Shown here piece after piece: positions 27,117-39,035 of a stretch of 64,000 bases of DNA. Below the pieces are notes generated by a model that was given only the letters and a program-made list of their open reading frames with translations, was not told the DNA's origin and did not search any database. The position numbers and the translations under genes are program-made. This DNA comes from Octopus sinensis (Eukaryota): NCBI RefSeq assembly GCF_006345805.1, contig NC_042999.1, forward strand, positions 171,368,001 through 171,432,000. Direction: 5' to 3'. How positions within the stretch are numbered: the first letter of the stretch is position 1; each line of letters starts with the position of its first letter.

Positions 27117-27950
27117 TATAGGGTCACCATTTTATATCTTAAATTTCGCACATGAACCTTATTTGCTTTTGCTTTTCTCAACTACACAGTATAGTAGGGC
27201 CAGTGGGTCACCGTCTGTGAGTAAAACAGCATCATGACGCAATTCATTCTGCCAGAAATTTTAAAACGACATGCTGTACGGCGTGGCATTTGCGCCGGAA
27301 GCTCCAATACGAATATTTCAGAGTGTTTCCGTGTCAATCTAAGAACAGTGAAGAACAGGGATATGTACTAAGAATGATAGAAATCAAAATCAACTCAACA
27401 TCATGGTGTTTGGAGTGATCACTAGTAATGGCGATTTTACGCCTCCATTCATTTTCCCACACTGCCTCAGACTCAACACGGAAGCCTACATAATGTGCCC
27501 GGAGAGGTAGTACTGCCCTGCATCAAGAGGGTAGCTGCTGGAAGACCCTAAGCCAGGCAACAGGCTTCGGAGCGATGCCACAGAAGCAGGAGAACCCAGC
27601 CATGTCTATCAGACAATTTCTGCGACCAAATTATGCCTAACATCTGGCTACCTAACTGCAAACCCCTTGATTATTATGGCTGGGGCGCAGTTGAACGAGA
27701 GACCGACAAAGAAGAACTGAAGACAAGGAATATGGCAGCATTCACCAATTTAAATAAGGATACAATTCAGAAGAGTTGCTGTTGATTCCGAAGTCATCGA
27801 GACTGTGGTTGAAGCCAATGGCGATTTTATTAGATAAATTTAATTCTTAGGTATATTTATGAAATTTTGTTAAACATATCCGTTAAAATGAGATGGCACT
27901 GCTATTTTCATTTTTACGTAATTTAGACGACAGTTTATTCACCACTCCTC
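27117..27950 (+). mobile_element. Internally deleted Tc1/mariner-superfamily element, maT/DD37D-like
   Basis: IMVFGVITSNGDFTPPFIFPHCLRLNTEAYI, VVLPCIKRVAAGRP, and IWLPNCKPLDYYGWGAVERET (a degenerate WPPNSPDxNPLDY motif). Confidence 0.8.
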
Positions 27951-28139
27951 TTTTCTTTTTCTCGCTCTCCTTCCCTCACATTTCTTGGCATTCTCTTTCT
28001 CTAATCTCTACTATCCTTCGATAACTCCCTTGTACCTTTCATTCTGTCCCTTCTTCTCTCACCCTCGTTCTCTTTCTCTCTATTTCCTTTCCTAATTCTT
28101 CAATCCCTCTGCCCTCTACCTTTCTCTTTTCCTTCCACG

Positions 28140-28620
28140 TGACTGAAATTCAGCCAAGCATGATCTTTTCTGTTTTCTTTAAGCCTTACCGCCGCCTGTA
28201 CAACACCTTATATTCTCATCTCGTGACTTGCATCTATATTTGTGCCTCAAGGCTTTCACTCCACCTGCCAACTCAACTTGATTCGTCTTTATTAGTCGAA
28301 AGCTAGCTGTTGCTACTCTCTTGTTGTTTGTATTTGTAATCGTGCAACATTCTCTCTGTTTTCTCGTCTGTGTTGTACATATTCCCTTGCTTTCTTCCAA
28401 AAATTTAGTGCTCTTACTCTAGCTATTTGGGGCTAAAGAGTTTTGAACAGTCTCAAGTGTCTCAGGCCGAGACTGTAATTATAATTTTGAAACTTGACTG
28501 ATGAATAGAAGGCCAAGAATGATTCGTCCTTATTTTTTCCTGTCCGTCTTTGTATCGTCTATATGTCCGTATGTTTTTACTGACGTCCGTTACGTTCTTA
28601 TTCAATTTTCTGGACTTATA
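28140..28620 (-). mobile_element. Diverged copy of the 9556-10125 repeat family
   Basis: The reverse complement shares TAGACGATACAAAG, GAC..GTCATTC/ATCATTC, AAGAGCA(C/T)TA.ATT..T.GAAGAAAGCA and CTTTCGACTAA; it starts at a (TA)n tract. Confidence 0.65.
28495..28532 (+). ncRNA. Hammerhead-like motif with a non-canonical core
   Basis: TGA-CTGATGA-N12-GAAT-GATTCGTC-C-TTA; equivalents at 9807-9843(-) and 9615-9651(-). Confidence 0.3.
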
Positions 28621-28860
28621 TATATATATATATAGAGTGTGCGTACGTGTGGTGTGTGTGTGTGTATGATTAATATATATACATATATACGTGTATTTAT
28701 ATTTATACAGACATACACATATATATGTGTTAATGTATCTATATATAAATATGTATATATACATATATAGTATATATATATATATACACACACACATATA
28801 TATATATATATATGTATACGTACGTATTTATGCATACATATATACACACATATACACACG

Positions 28861-28944
<84 letters not shown>

Positions 28945-29736
28945 AGGTATGCTACCGCTTCTCGCTTCTTATCTATCAGTTTCCCAAACCAAAGGAAATT
29001 TTAGCTACAATACATTCAGCTGACCAGCTGTTGGAAATTGTGTGTTACAGAATCTACCAATATGTATCTTGTATCTTAAAAATTTGCAGCATTAAAACAG
29101 CAAGGGGTACAGATAATATGTTTTTTTCTGTATTGTATTTAATATTCTTTCCTTTATATTTTACGTTTTTTTTTTCTGACTGAATTCATCCGCTGAAACT
29201 CATCATACACTGAGCAACCAGTGCTACAGGGCAAGTTTGGTGTTCATATTCTAGTTATTATTTGTTGTAATTTGAGTATTTCTTTAGTTAAACAATACAA
29301 TGCAGTCAAATGTGCTTCTGCATAATATTTGCAAATGTCATGAATCAGGAAAATTTTTAATTTCTTTCCAGCAAACGTGCAACTTTATGATTGTATATTT
29401 TCGAAGCCACGTTGCGTATTCTGTCACGTTCATATGGATAAAATGATTATTTTGGTTCTGTTTCTTATAAAAACTTCGGTGTTGTTTAGTACTATTACTT
29501 GAGAAAATGTATTGGTGCTTGTAACAATACCATTCTATCACATAAAGCTGTGCGAGTATAAACCCCGAATTTTCTCTTCTATAAATGGATGTTTTCACTA
29601 GAACTAGACGTCCATCATTCCCTTACTGACTTATTAAAACAGGATATTTACTTGGTACACGTTCATACATATGTACAGACGTATATACATACGTTCATGC
29701 GCAAACACACATATATATTCAATATATATTCATTGG

Positions 29737-29775
<39 letters not shown>

Positions 29776-29778
<3 letters not shown>

Positions 29779-30420
29779 GGGAAGCTTTATGAAAATAGAC
29801 AAAAGACGAAGGCAGGTGGAAAACAAACGAACAATTGTATTAGTATGGCGCTCAGGAAATATAAATAAAACAAGTCTTTAACGTTTCGAGCCTACGCTCT
29901 TCAACAGAAAGATACACAGAGAGAAAAAAAACACAGAAAGAAGGAGAGAAAAAAATGCGTGCAGTAGCTAACGAATCAATATGGCGATCTGATTTCGGCC
30001 AGAGGTCAAAGATCAAACATGAGACGCGAGAGCGAAATAAGGGGAGATAATAGGGTTGATAATAGGGTTGATAATAGGGTTGAAGGACCAGCTAATAGTG
30101 CGTAGGAGGGGTCTGGACGTGTGTATGTATAGGGTTGGTCTATGTATTAGTATGTATAAGGGTGTGTGTGTGTGTGTGTGTGTATGAGAGAGTATTAGTG
30201 CGTAGAACTGGTCTGGACGTGCGTATGTATGGGGTTGGTGTATGTATTAGTATGTATTAGTATGTATTAGTACGTATTAGTATGTATAAGTGTGTGTGTG
30301 TGTGTATGAGAGAGTATAAGTGCGTATGAGGGGTCTGGACGTGTGTATGTATAGGGTTGGTGTATGTATTAGTATGTATTAGTATGCATTAGTACGTATT
30401 AGTATGTATTAGTTGGTGTA
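29776..30420. mobile_element. Short repeat probably derived from Penelope terminal repeats, followed by tandem sub-repeats
   Basis: Starts immediately after (TA)n and contains a hammerhead-like motif on the minus strand. It is followed by (ATAATAGGGTTG)x3 and three ~110-120-bp units starting GGTCTGGACGTG. Confidence 0.55.
29875..29912 (-). ncRNA. Minimal type I hammerhead-ribozyme-like motif
   Basis: TCTTT-CTGTTGA-A-GAGC-GTAG-GCTC-GAAAC-GT-T-AAAGA: helix I TCTTT/AAAGA, helix II GAGC/GCTC, palindromic ACGT helix III; core position 6 is U rather than A. Confidence 0.5.
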
Positions 30421-30477
30421 TGTATTAGTATGACACATCATATATGATGTGATGTGTAAAGTCGTGTGGTGTAGTGA

Positions 30478-30592
30478 GGAGAAGAGGGGGGAGAAGAGGG
30501 GGGAGAAGGGGAGGGGAAGAAGAGGGGGGAAGAGGAGAGGATGGGGGAGAGAGAGGAGGGGTAGGAGGAAGGGGAGGAGGGGGAGGAAGGAG

Positions 30593-30596
<4 letters not shown>
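30478..30596 (+). repeat. Polypurine (GGA/GAA) tract with multiple G-runs
   Basis: About 120 nt of almost pure purine with several runs of four or more G. Confidence 0.9.
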
Positions 30597-30648
<52 letters not shown>

Positions 30649-32644
30649 GTACAACTACATCGCCAAAACTTTTGTCTTTGACTTAAAATAGGAAAATACT
30701 ATTAATATGGGGATTTCAAATTTATTGTACCCCAGTGGTAGAACGTTTCTTTAATATCTTTAATATTTACGCATTTTCATTAACATTCTGAATCTTTAGA
30801 AGTTATTCTTGTGTATTGAAGAAAAGAAATCTCTGCTGATTTACCATTTTTCAATTTCATTTCAACCATACTTCAGAAAATAGAAACAAATTAAGAAGTG
30901 TAATAAAAACATGATGCCATCGCAAATCAGGAGGAACAAAATTCTTATACAACCAGGGCGCACCTGTACTCAGAAATAATTATTCTTTAATTTTAAAGCA
31001 TCATTTCTTACAACATTTATTAAATTGCAGTTTCTTCATAAGTCCTAGATTTTTTCTGATTTTCATATTGCTTTATGTAGATTTCTTACGCAATTTTAAT
31101 TTTGAATACAAGTACTATTTCGCTCGTAGGTGAATATTTCTGCAGACTCCTCTTTGAAATTGTTCGACGAACTACGTATCTCTTGTAGGTTTATCCTCAA
31201 TCACATATTTGTGTCTAATCTCAGAAACGAAAATCAGATGGAAGGATCGTAACTGCATTTGTCAGAAAACAGAAGAAGATAAAACACCAAATACTGCCAG
31301 AAATATTTCACAACCTTTCCTTCAAAGTGCAACTGAATAAAGATTGCCTTCTGCTAGATAAAAACAAGATCCACATTCTGCGCTCTACAGAACAGACTGC
31401 TAACATTTTCTTAAGTCATATTCTAGTCGTACTAGTTCATTTAGTTAGGCTTGGTCACACTTGAGTAATGGAAATTTTTCGTTGGCAATAAAGCACATTG
31501 TCACAAGGGTTACGTATTTAGTTCTTACACACATTGAAAAATTACTGATACTGGACTCCGACCACACAAAGCTTTCTCTATCCAGTATCGCCTAAAAGTC
31601 ACCAATGCGCATTGATTCACTATTTCTCGAAGGCAGCACATAACGTATCATATAGTTTCGCTTGTAATCCTTATACTGAAATGGCACTCATGTTTGATAA
31701 CTATCCTGTGCAATCTCTATATGTATTGGCTATTACTCTAACTACAAAACGGGGATTGCCAAATAGGGTTCTCCTTTACTAATAGTACTTCTTAGTACCA
31801 AATAGCTTTTATTTCACAATTACTTACTAGGAATATGAGAATAAGAAATTTAGTGATGTACCAATACAAAACAGGGAACATATACTAGAAATCAATGACA
31901 ACTTGACACATGATGTGCTCATGTTAAAATTCATCTACAAAATACATATTAAACATTCAATCGGAGCAACCAGATCAGGAGATTATTTATTAGGCAACGA
32001 AACGGGCAATACACTAAGAAAAAAACCCAGAAATACGTTCTACATGAAATTGAAATATTAAGTTTTCTACAATGTTTAATTTGCGGAAAGAGGATTGGAA
32101 TATGGCTTAATTAATATTACGCACGTCGTGAAGAAACATAATCATAATTTTAATGATTAATGTACGACTTGACAGAATGGAAAGATATTCATTAATTAAA
32201 GTTCATTAAAATAGAATGTGAACAATAGAGACACGGGTAAGTTTGATCTTAGAAATATAGTTATAGTTTGAAATTTATATTTCCAAATTAGTGATAACTT
32301 GTCTGATTTCTTGGTATAATTTGACATTGACTTTTCGGAAGTTTGAGCTCCGTTCTTTTTTGATAACCAAAGAGTAGCATTAAATCCAATTTTAGAGAAA
32401 TAATCAATTATCCCAAGGATATGGAATTTGTGTTGCATTACGAATTCTACGCAATTTCTTATGTCGTGAGGGAAAAACTATAGAATGTCGATACTAGGAA
32501 CTAAGATGAAAAATATTGTCTACAATAATTCTGCTTTCAGGTGATCATTGCCAAACTTAATAATTCTTGGCTAAAAATTGTATTCATTTCTGAAATGTAT
32601 TCAGCTCTCCTCAGTGTATATAGAAATACAGTCATACATGCATA

Positions 32645-33525
32645 AGTGGACTGATCCATAAGTATCCGGACTGTTACGAAACTAAAGTATGCAGAGTTAA
32701 GCCGCTTGGCGCGGATTGACCTCGAGATCTGCTGCGTATGCGCACTAAGTTTTAACGTTCTAGTTCCTTTCCGCTATTTACTACAGTGCTTGGGAGGAAA
32801 GCGTGTAGTGTGTGACTGTCGCATTGACCATGACAGAGAAAGTTGAGCAGAAAATCTGCATCAAATTTTGCCAAAAGCTTGGTGATAACTGCTCAGAAAC
32901 AAAGTTTTCCAAAAGTTTTCATCCTTCTCGACACAATCATGGAGATCTTGTGCAACTGAAATCCGAGTGGCCGTTTGGTCAGCTGAAAGCAGTTTTGGCA
33001 CAGCCTTGGCGGACACTCGTCTCATACCCAAATCGTGAGTGATAATGAAATGAACTGAACCTTAACTAATCTGCACATCCTCTGATAACTCACAAATGGT
33101 GATTCGACGACTTCTCTTCAGAGTTGCACGCATTTCAGCAAAGTTTTTTTCTCAGTTCTACTAGTAAAGAGTTTCCCATGATGTTCATCAATATCGACAT
33201 TTTTCGGCCATCTTCGAAACGTCTGAACCATTCGTACACTTGTGTGCATCTCATACGATCCTCTCCATACACTTTCTACAACTTTTTGTAGGCCTCTGAA
33301 CAGGTTTCGCCATGGCAACTTTCTCTGTCAAAGTCAATGCGACGATCACACGCTACACACCTTCATTTCAAGCACTGCTGTAGATAGTGGAAGTGAGCTA
33401 GAACGTTAAAACTTAGTGCTCGTGCACAGAGGAGTTGACGGTCAATCTGTGCCAAGCAGTTTTACTCTTTATTCCTTAGCGTCGTTACTACGGTAACAGT
33501 CCGGATACTTATTGATCAGACTACG
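32645..33525. mobile_element. Non-autonomous mariner derivative with two inverted 5' ends
   Basis: TIR cores CTGATC(C/A)ATAAGTATCCGGACTGTT at 32651-32675 and inverted at 33495-33519; TA dinucleotides at 32643-44 and 33526-27. The plus strand encodes MTEKVEQKICIKFCQKLG; the minus strand encodes further mariner N-terminal sequence (GEDRMRCTQVYEWFRRF, RVSAKAVPKLLSADQ). Confidence 0.88.
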
Positions 33526-33597
33526 TACATTCATGAATACATTCGAACGTGCATGCATAAAAGTATATGTATACACACACACATACATATATATAAG

Positions 33598-33635
<38 letters not shown>

Positions 33636-33989
33636 ATATATATACACATATATATATACACACATATATATATGTATATATATATACATATATATACATA
33701 TGTGTGTGTGTGTAGGGGGATACAAAAGCACGTAAATATGAGTGCATTATAATATATATAGATTCTCCTCAAAATATTGGTGCTTCCCTATCATTTTCAA
33801 CCAGTGGGGAAAATAAGGATCCATCGGCTGCTGGTGAGTTTCATTTTTTTTTTTGGTTAAAAGTTCCTCTATTTCTTGGTGTACTCATCGAATTTGTCAC
33901 AGTTTTATTCCATGTTGAAAAATTTGGAATTTTTGCTTAATGGGAGCAACAAATAGCTTCGAGGGAATTTCAGTCGTCGATAACAAAAG

Positions 33990-36900
33990 GCAAGAGTCAG
34001 CGGAGTGTCTTGTCACAAAATGAAAAAGGGTGACAGCTCTTCGCCTGTTGCCATGACTACGAGAAAAGCAAGCAGGCAAAACAAGATTACCTTATCAATC
34101 ACAAACAAGAACAACAAATCCGATACCACCACCACCGTCACCTCTGCCACGAACTCTACTAACAACAGTAACAGCAACAACAACAGCAACAGTAGTAGTA
34201 ACAGCAACTACAACAACAGCAGCAGCAGCAACAACAACACAACAGTAAAGCGTAGACGGGAGAGCAAAACAAGCGGTACAACTACAATATAAATGACTCC
34301 TCCCCCCTTTAACATGTAGCTTAGCTACATCGGTCAACAATAGCGTCGCTTTGGCTTCGACGAACACCAGCAACGACAAGAACAACATCATTGGAAGCAA
34401 AAACGATATAGTCAACACCAATAATAACTTCAACAATAAAAACAACTCCTTTGTAGGAGTACGAAAATTGCAGGAAAGAAAACATTCACATCTGAGTGAA
34501 GCAGAAAAAAATCCTCAATAGAGAGGATAGGAAAACCAAGCTTGCTATCCCTTGAGATTGAATGGAGAAGACGGTCAGAAGGACCATCGTATACAGATGT
34601 GTCTCATTAAAGACGAGGAAAATGTTTAATGCTTCACACATCCAGGTAGAAAGATGCTTGAAGGGCAGTTGGACTGATATCGATTTCCTCACACGAGGAA
34701 GACAATATGGTTCTGTGGAATTGAGATTCCTCACAGAGTCTCTAGTCCAAAACCATGCAATGCCCCAGTGCATACACGAGGATTTTCTCCTCTCGTCATA
34801 CCTTGGGCAGTGGGTGGTGAAGGTTAAAATATCAGATGTGCCACCAGAATTAGACGTTCAGTGGTTGGTTGCATGTGCTATGGTCGAAGGCTCGGATTCG
34901 CTTCTTGAAATTGAAAGAATATCAGAAGTGGTCCGGGATCAGGTTCGAAATTTTTATCTGGGTAAAACAGGAATCTTTGGACAAAGTCCCCGACCTTAAT
35001 AAGCTGGCAAACTAAAGAGACATAACTAAAACTAAAGAGACATAACTAAAACTAAAGAGACATTGGGACCTTTAGGCTAAAGATCGACAAAAGTACTTTG
35101 GGAAAGCTCTTCATTAACGATAATTTTTCTGATGAGGCAGCTGAATCAGACGACCGTCTCAAAATCTAGAGTAAGTGACTTTCCTCCGTTTTGTTTCCCC
35201 AATAAATATAGTCGTTTTCAGAGCAAGGTGTATCAATATACGTGGCCTGAGGCTAATTTGGAAGTCACTTGCTAAACGGCATCAGGTCGCTCGATTTAGA
35301 TGTGGCTGCAATTAGCAAGAGAAGGATTTCTAACAGGCAAGCACTAGCGCCCATTTTCGATGATTACGAAATACTCTCATCATACGGTCTGTCGGGAGCG
35401 TGCGGCAGCGTAGCAGTACTATTTCTGAAAATCCTTAGATATCGAAGTAAAGACAATATTCTTGGACACGGGCGGCAGGTTGGTGGTCCTAGATGTGAAT
35501 AGTAGCGAAGGTGGCACCCTTAGACTGGTGGCAGTTTATGCTCCGACAGGGGCTGGAAGTCCAAAATTCTTCAGGCGTCGAGAAGCATTCCTGGGAACGT
35601 CTCGTAGTTTAGTCATTTTTGAGGACTCGATTTTAGACACACGGAAGTCATGCGTGAGGCTAGTACACAGAAGAATGAGGTGCAAGAGCCTCGAAAACCT
35701 ATTCAGAAACTTCCAATTGTCTGATAGGTATCGACTAGATTTCCTTCATGTACCAGTGTGAACATGAAGCAACGACAGTGGATCACCTGGAACGTATCCA
35801 GGTAAGGTGTTTCTTAGGTCAGAGCATAGGTAAATTGTAGGTTGTCCACAATTTAAACTGGTCGGTTACACAGACCTCAAGTTTGTGATCGGCACAGTTA
35901 AGTTAGACAGAGACTAGGTTACTCGAAGTTAAATGCGTCGTTTCCAGCACGCAAACACTACAGAGACCGGATCAGTGAACTAGATAAGCGACTGCCTGAG
36001 GAGGGAGATTAGCGTAGGGTCGATAGAGTTTAGCAGAGAGTTAGCAATCGAAAGGAATAGATTAGAAGGTGAACTACTTAGCAAATTAGAAGAGTCGATT
36101 AAAAAGGACATCGCGACCGATGTGTTAGCGGCGAGAATGCCTCTTGACCATTACTTCGAAGCGAAACACAAAGGTTGCGTTATCAGAGCCAAGGCCCCTA
36201 CGCTCAAACAGGAAGGAACCAAAGCTGTCCGATTGACCCGAACAGTGGAGACGTGATGTGGAAACAAAACCGCGATCAGGTCTTTGACGCATTGAGATGG
36301 GCGGGTGTTACTCGGCTTCGACCAGATATGTACGGCTTTTCAGCAGTATTTCGCGCAGCTGTTTAGAGAGGGCGATAGTTTGATGACAGTGCTAGACTTT
36401 AGTTCGTACCTGGACGGTAGGCTACGGCAGTCGGCAGATGACAGGAGGTTATGTGAAAGGCCGATAACAATCCCTGTAATTCGGGAGACGATTAGCAATT
36501 CGCCCGGTTTGGATGGTCTGCCCTATGAATTCTATGCTTTCATGCCAGATTTATTTAGCGACTTCTTGACAGTATCTGCCGCAACTGGCAACAGAATGGG
36601 AGAATTCATAGTGCTGTTAGCCGAGGTGTGTTGACACTGCTGAGGAAGGACGCCGGATTTGATGACCTAGCAGGGAAATCCAGGCTCAAAACTCTGTTAA
36701 ATGCATTTGTTGGCGTTTGTTGTCGGTAACCTGTTCGGAGAGAAGCAAATATGCGCAATGCTGAGCAGGTCTATCCACGACAACCTCCACCTTATGCTAT
36801 ATATCACAGGAAAAACTGGGACTAAAGATGGTTTCGTGGGTGTTCTGATCAATTTCGCTCAATCAAAAGCATTCGATAAGGTTGACCATCGTTACTTGGA

Positions 36901-37170
36901 AGCCGTCCTGTAAGCAGGCGTTTTCGGACACGTTTTCAGAGGCTGGATCGCGGCAATGCACAGTAGCACCTGTTCAATGGTCAAAGTAAACGGTCACCTA
37001 TTGGAACCCTTTGGCAGCGCATGCTCGGTCCGTCAGTACAGCCCGCTCCCGACTCTTCTGTACGCATTGGAACTCGAGCCACTACTGTGGAAGCTGGAAA
37101 AACTAAGAGGCATCCCTTTCAAAGTAGGACAAAGACGGGAAGTATCAGCATACGAAGACGACAACACCAA
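33990..37170 (+). mobile_element. Degenerate L1/Tx1-clade LINE: ORF1 remnant and ORF2 (APE endonuclease and RT), truncated at the YADD-like motif
   Basis: ORF1: low-complexity N-terminus, then VVKVKISDVPPELDVQWLV. EN: GRLVVLDVNSSEGGTLRLVAVYAPTG. RT: SPGLDGLPYEFY, QSKAFDKVDHRYL, SVRQYSPLPTLLYALELEPLL, VSAYEDD. Confidence 0.92.
35010..35063 (+). repeat. 20-bp tandem repeat AACTAAAGAGACATAACTAA, about 2.7 copies, inside the Tx1 element
   Basis: Directly visible. Confidence 0.9.
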
Positions 37171-38850
37171 GGAATTTCCTCTTACGAGCTTTCTTGAATG
37201 TCATACTTAGATCTGTTATTATGATGTCTTCCCATGCTTGTTCTGGTAAAACTTGATAGTATCCTTCTGTGTGTCGAATCCAGACTGCATTTTCATTGTG
37301 TCTTTTCATCACTACAAATATGTTTCTAAAAGCGGAGGTGCCTTAAATGGCTATTTTCCTTTTCCCCACTTCTCTGTAGAATGTTGTCACATTGTTGTTA
37401 TTTTTATTCGACTTGACTAAGGCATTGTCATATTCCTGGTCGTATTTTTGTGAGTAGCTGATTATTACCTGTAACATTAGGTATTCAAAAGATTTCAATA
37501 ATCTCTGAAGTTCTCAAGAGATTTCTGATAATCTTTTCTCTTCCTAAGAGGGAGATTTCCTGACGTAGCTCAAAAGATATTTCATTCTGATCTTCTTCAG
37601 CCATTTATCCATATAATTCCTCACAGCCCCTAATACAACAATTATTACAGGCACAACATTTACAGTTTTAATACTCCAAATTCTTTCAGATTTTTAAGGT
37701 TATATATTACCTTAAATTTTCGCCTTCTTTCTTCACAAACCTGGAATCAAACGGACGTGATAGATAAATCAAAACAGCAACTTCGCTTTTCATTGTCTAT
37801 TTTTGTTATCTCTGTTTTAATATTTTCTCAGCTGTGTGAATAGGAAAATTTCATAGAATTTTGCATTTCTTCGATTCTAGTACACTTCCAACCCAATGAT
37901 TTTTCATGAAGGGATTTTTCTTGCCACCGATTTACCATGTCCCGTTGTTGTTCTAGTTTAACTTGGATTTCAATTATTTTACAACCGTTGTTTCTTCTTT
38001 TTCGTCATAGTTATTATGTACAATGACTTCTTTTTTGCATTCATCAGCTTCTTTAAGAATGGAAAACAGTTTTTTGTTTTGCTCGTGTTTTGTGGGTACT
38101 TGTATTAGTTTTTTTTCTTCTGAAGTAGGCATTTCTGTAGTCCGATGGTGGTTATTTTGTAATAATTTTCTAGCTTCTATCACCTTCCATACGTTGTAAA
38201 TATAACATTTCTATGTAAGATTTTAGGTGGTGCATCCTAAATCCTCTCTTCTTGTTTTCCTGTCTATTTTGATTAGATCATTTAGAGTCCAGTTAAGTAT
38301 ACTGTAGCTGTAACTTATAACAAGGTCAGCTAGAGTGTTGATACCTATTATCTTGTTTTTATATTGATCTGTTTTCACTATTAATTTAACTCATCTATAG
38401 TATTCGTTTCTTGTCTTCTCTTTCATTTGTGGGAGTTGTATCGTATCTAGTTCATTGATTCCTAAGTATTTGGATATCTGGCTTTGGTCTAATTCTCTCA
38501 TTTCATTTGTTTTATCTAGTGTGATGTTGTTACACTTAACTAGTTTCCCTCGTCGCAAGGTTACTTTGGCATATTTTCCTAAGCCAAATTTCATTTATTT
38601 CTTTGGTAAGTCCATGTAATGTCTGTAGTAATATTTCCAGCTGTTTATCATTTGTAGCGTACTGTATTAAATCATTCATATATAAGAGGTAGCAGATTTC
38701 TTTGTCGTAACAGTTGTATCCACATCCAGATAAATGTGTCTGTGCCAAGCAGAAAAGGGGTGGAAAAGTGAGACTCCCTAGAATATTCCCCTTCTAATGG
38801 GGAAGGCTTTGATTGTTATGAATCCGTATTTTGTCTGGAGCTGTAGTACT
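37170..38850 (-). mobile_element. R4/Dong-type LINE fragments: late RT/thumb (38850 to 38220), then N-terminal ORF region (38200 to 37170)
   Basis: AFPIRRGIF*G, ICYLLYMNDL, MKFGLGKYAKVTLRRGKL, KYLGINE, KNKIIGINTLA; then TFYREVG...HNENAVWIRHTEGYYQVLPEQAWEDI. Confidence 0.85.
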
Positions 38851-39035
38851 TATTATTATTATTATTGTTGTTGTTGTTGTTGTTGTTATTGTTGTTGTTG
38901 TTTTTGTTGTTGTTGTTCTTGTTGTTGCAGTTGTTTTTGTTGTTGTTGTTCTTATTATTATTAATGACAATATCATCATCGTGGATGTCGTCGTCTTCGT
39001 CGTCATCATCATCATCATCATCATCATTATCAGCA
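38851..39035. repeat. Compound (TAT)n-(GTT)n-(CAT/CGT)n microsatellite
   Basis: Directly visible. Confidence 0.95.

Noticed and set aside
30100-30420. Repeat-spacer-like periodicity suggesting a CRISPR array
   Set aside because: The units are degenerate tandem repeats with microsatellite interiors rather than unique spacers; the context is eukaryotic with no cas genes.
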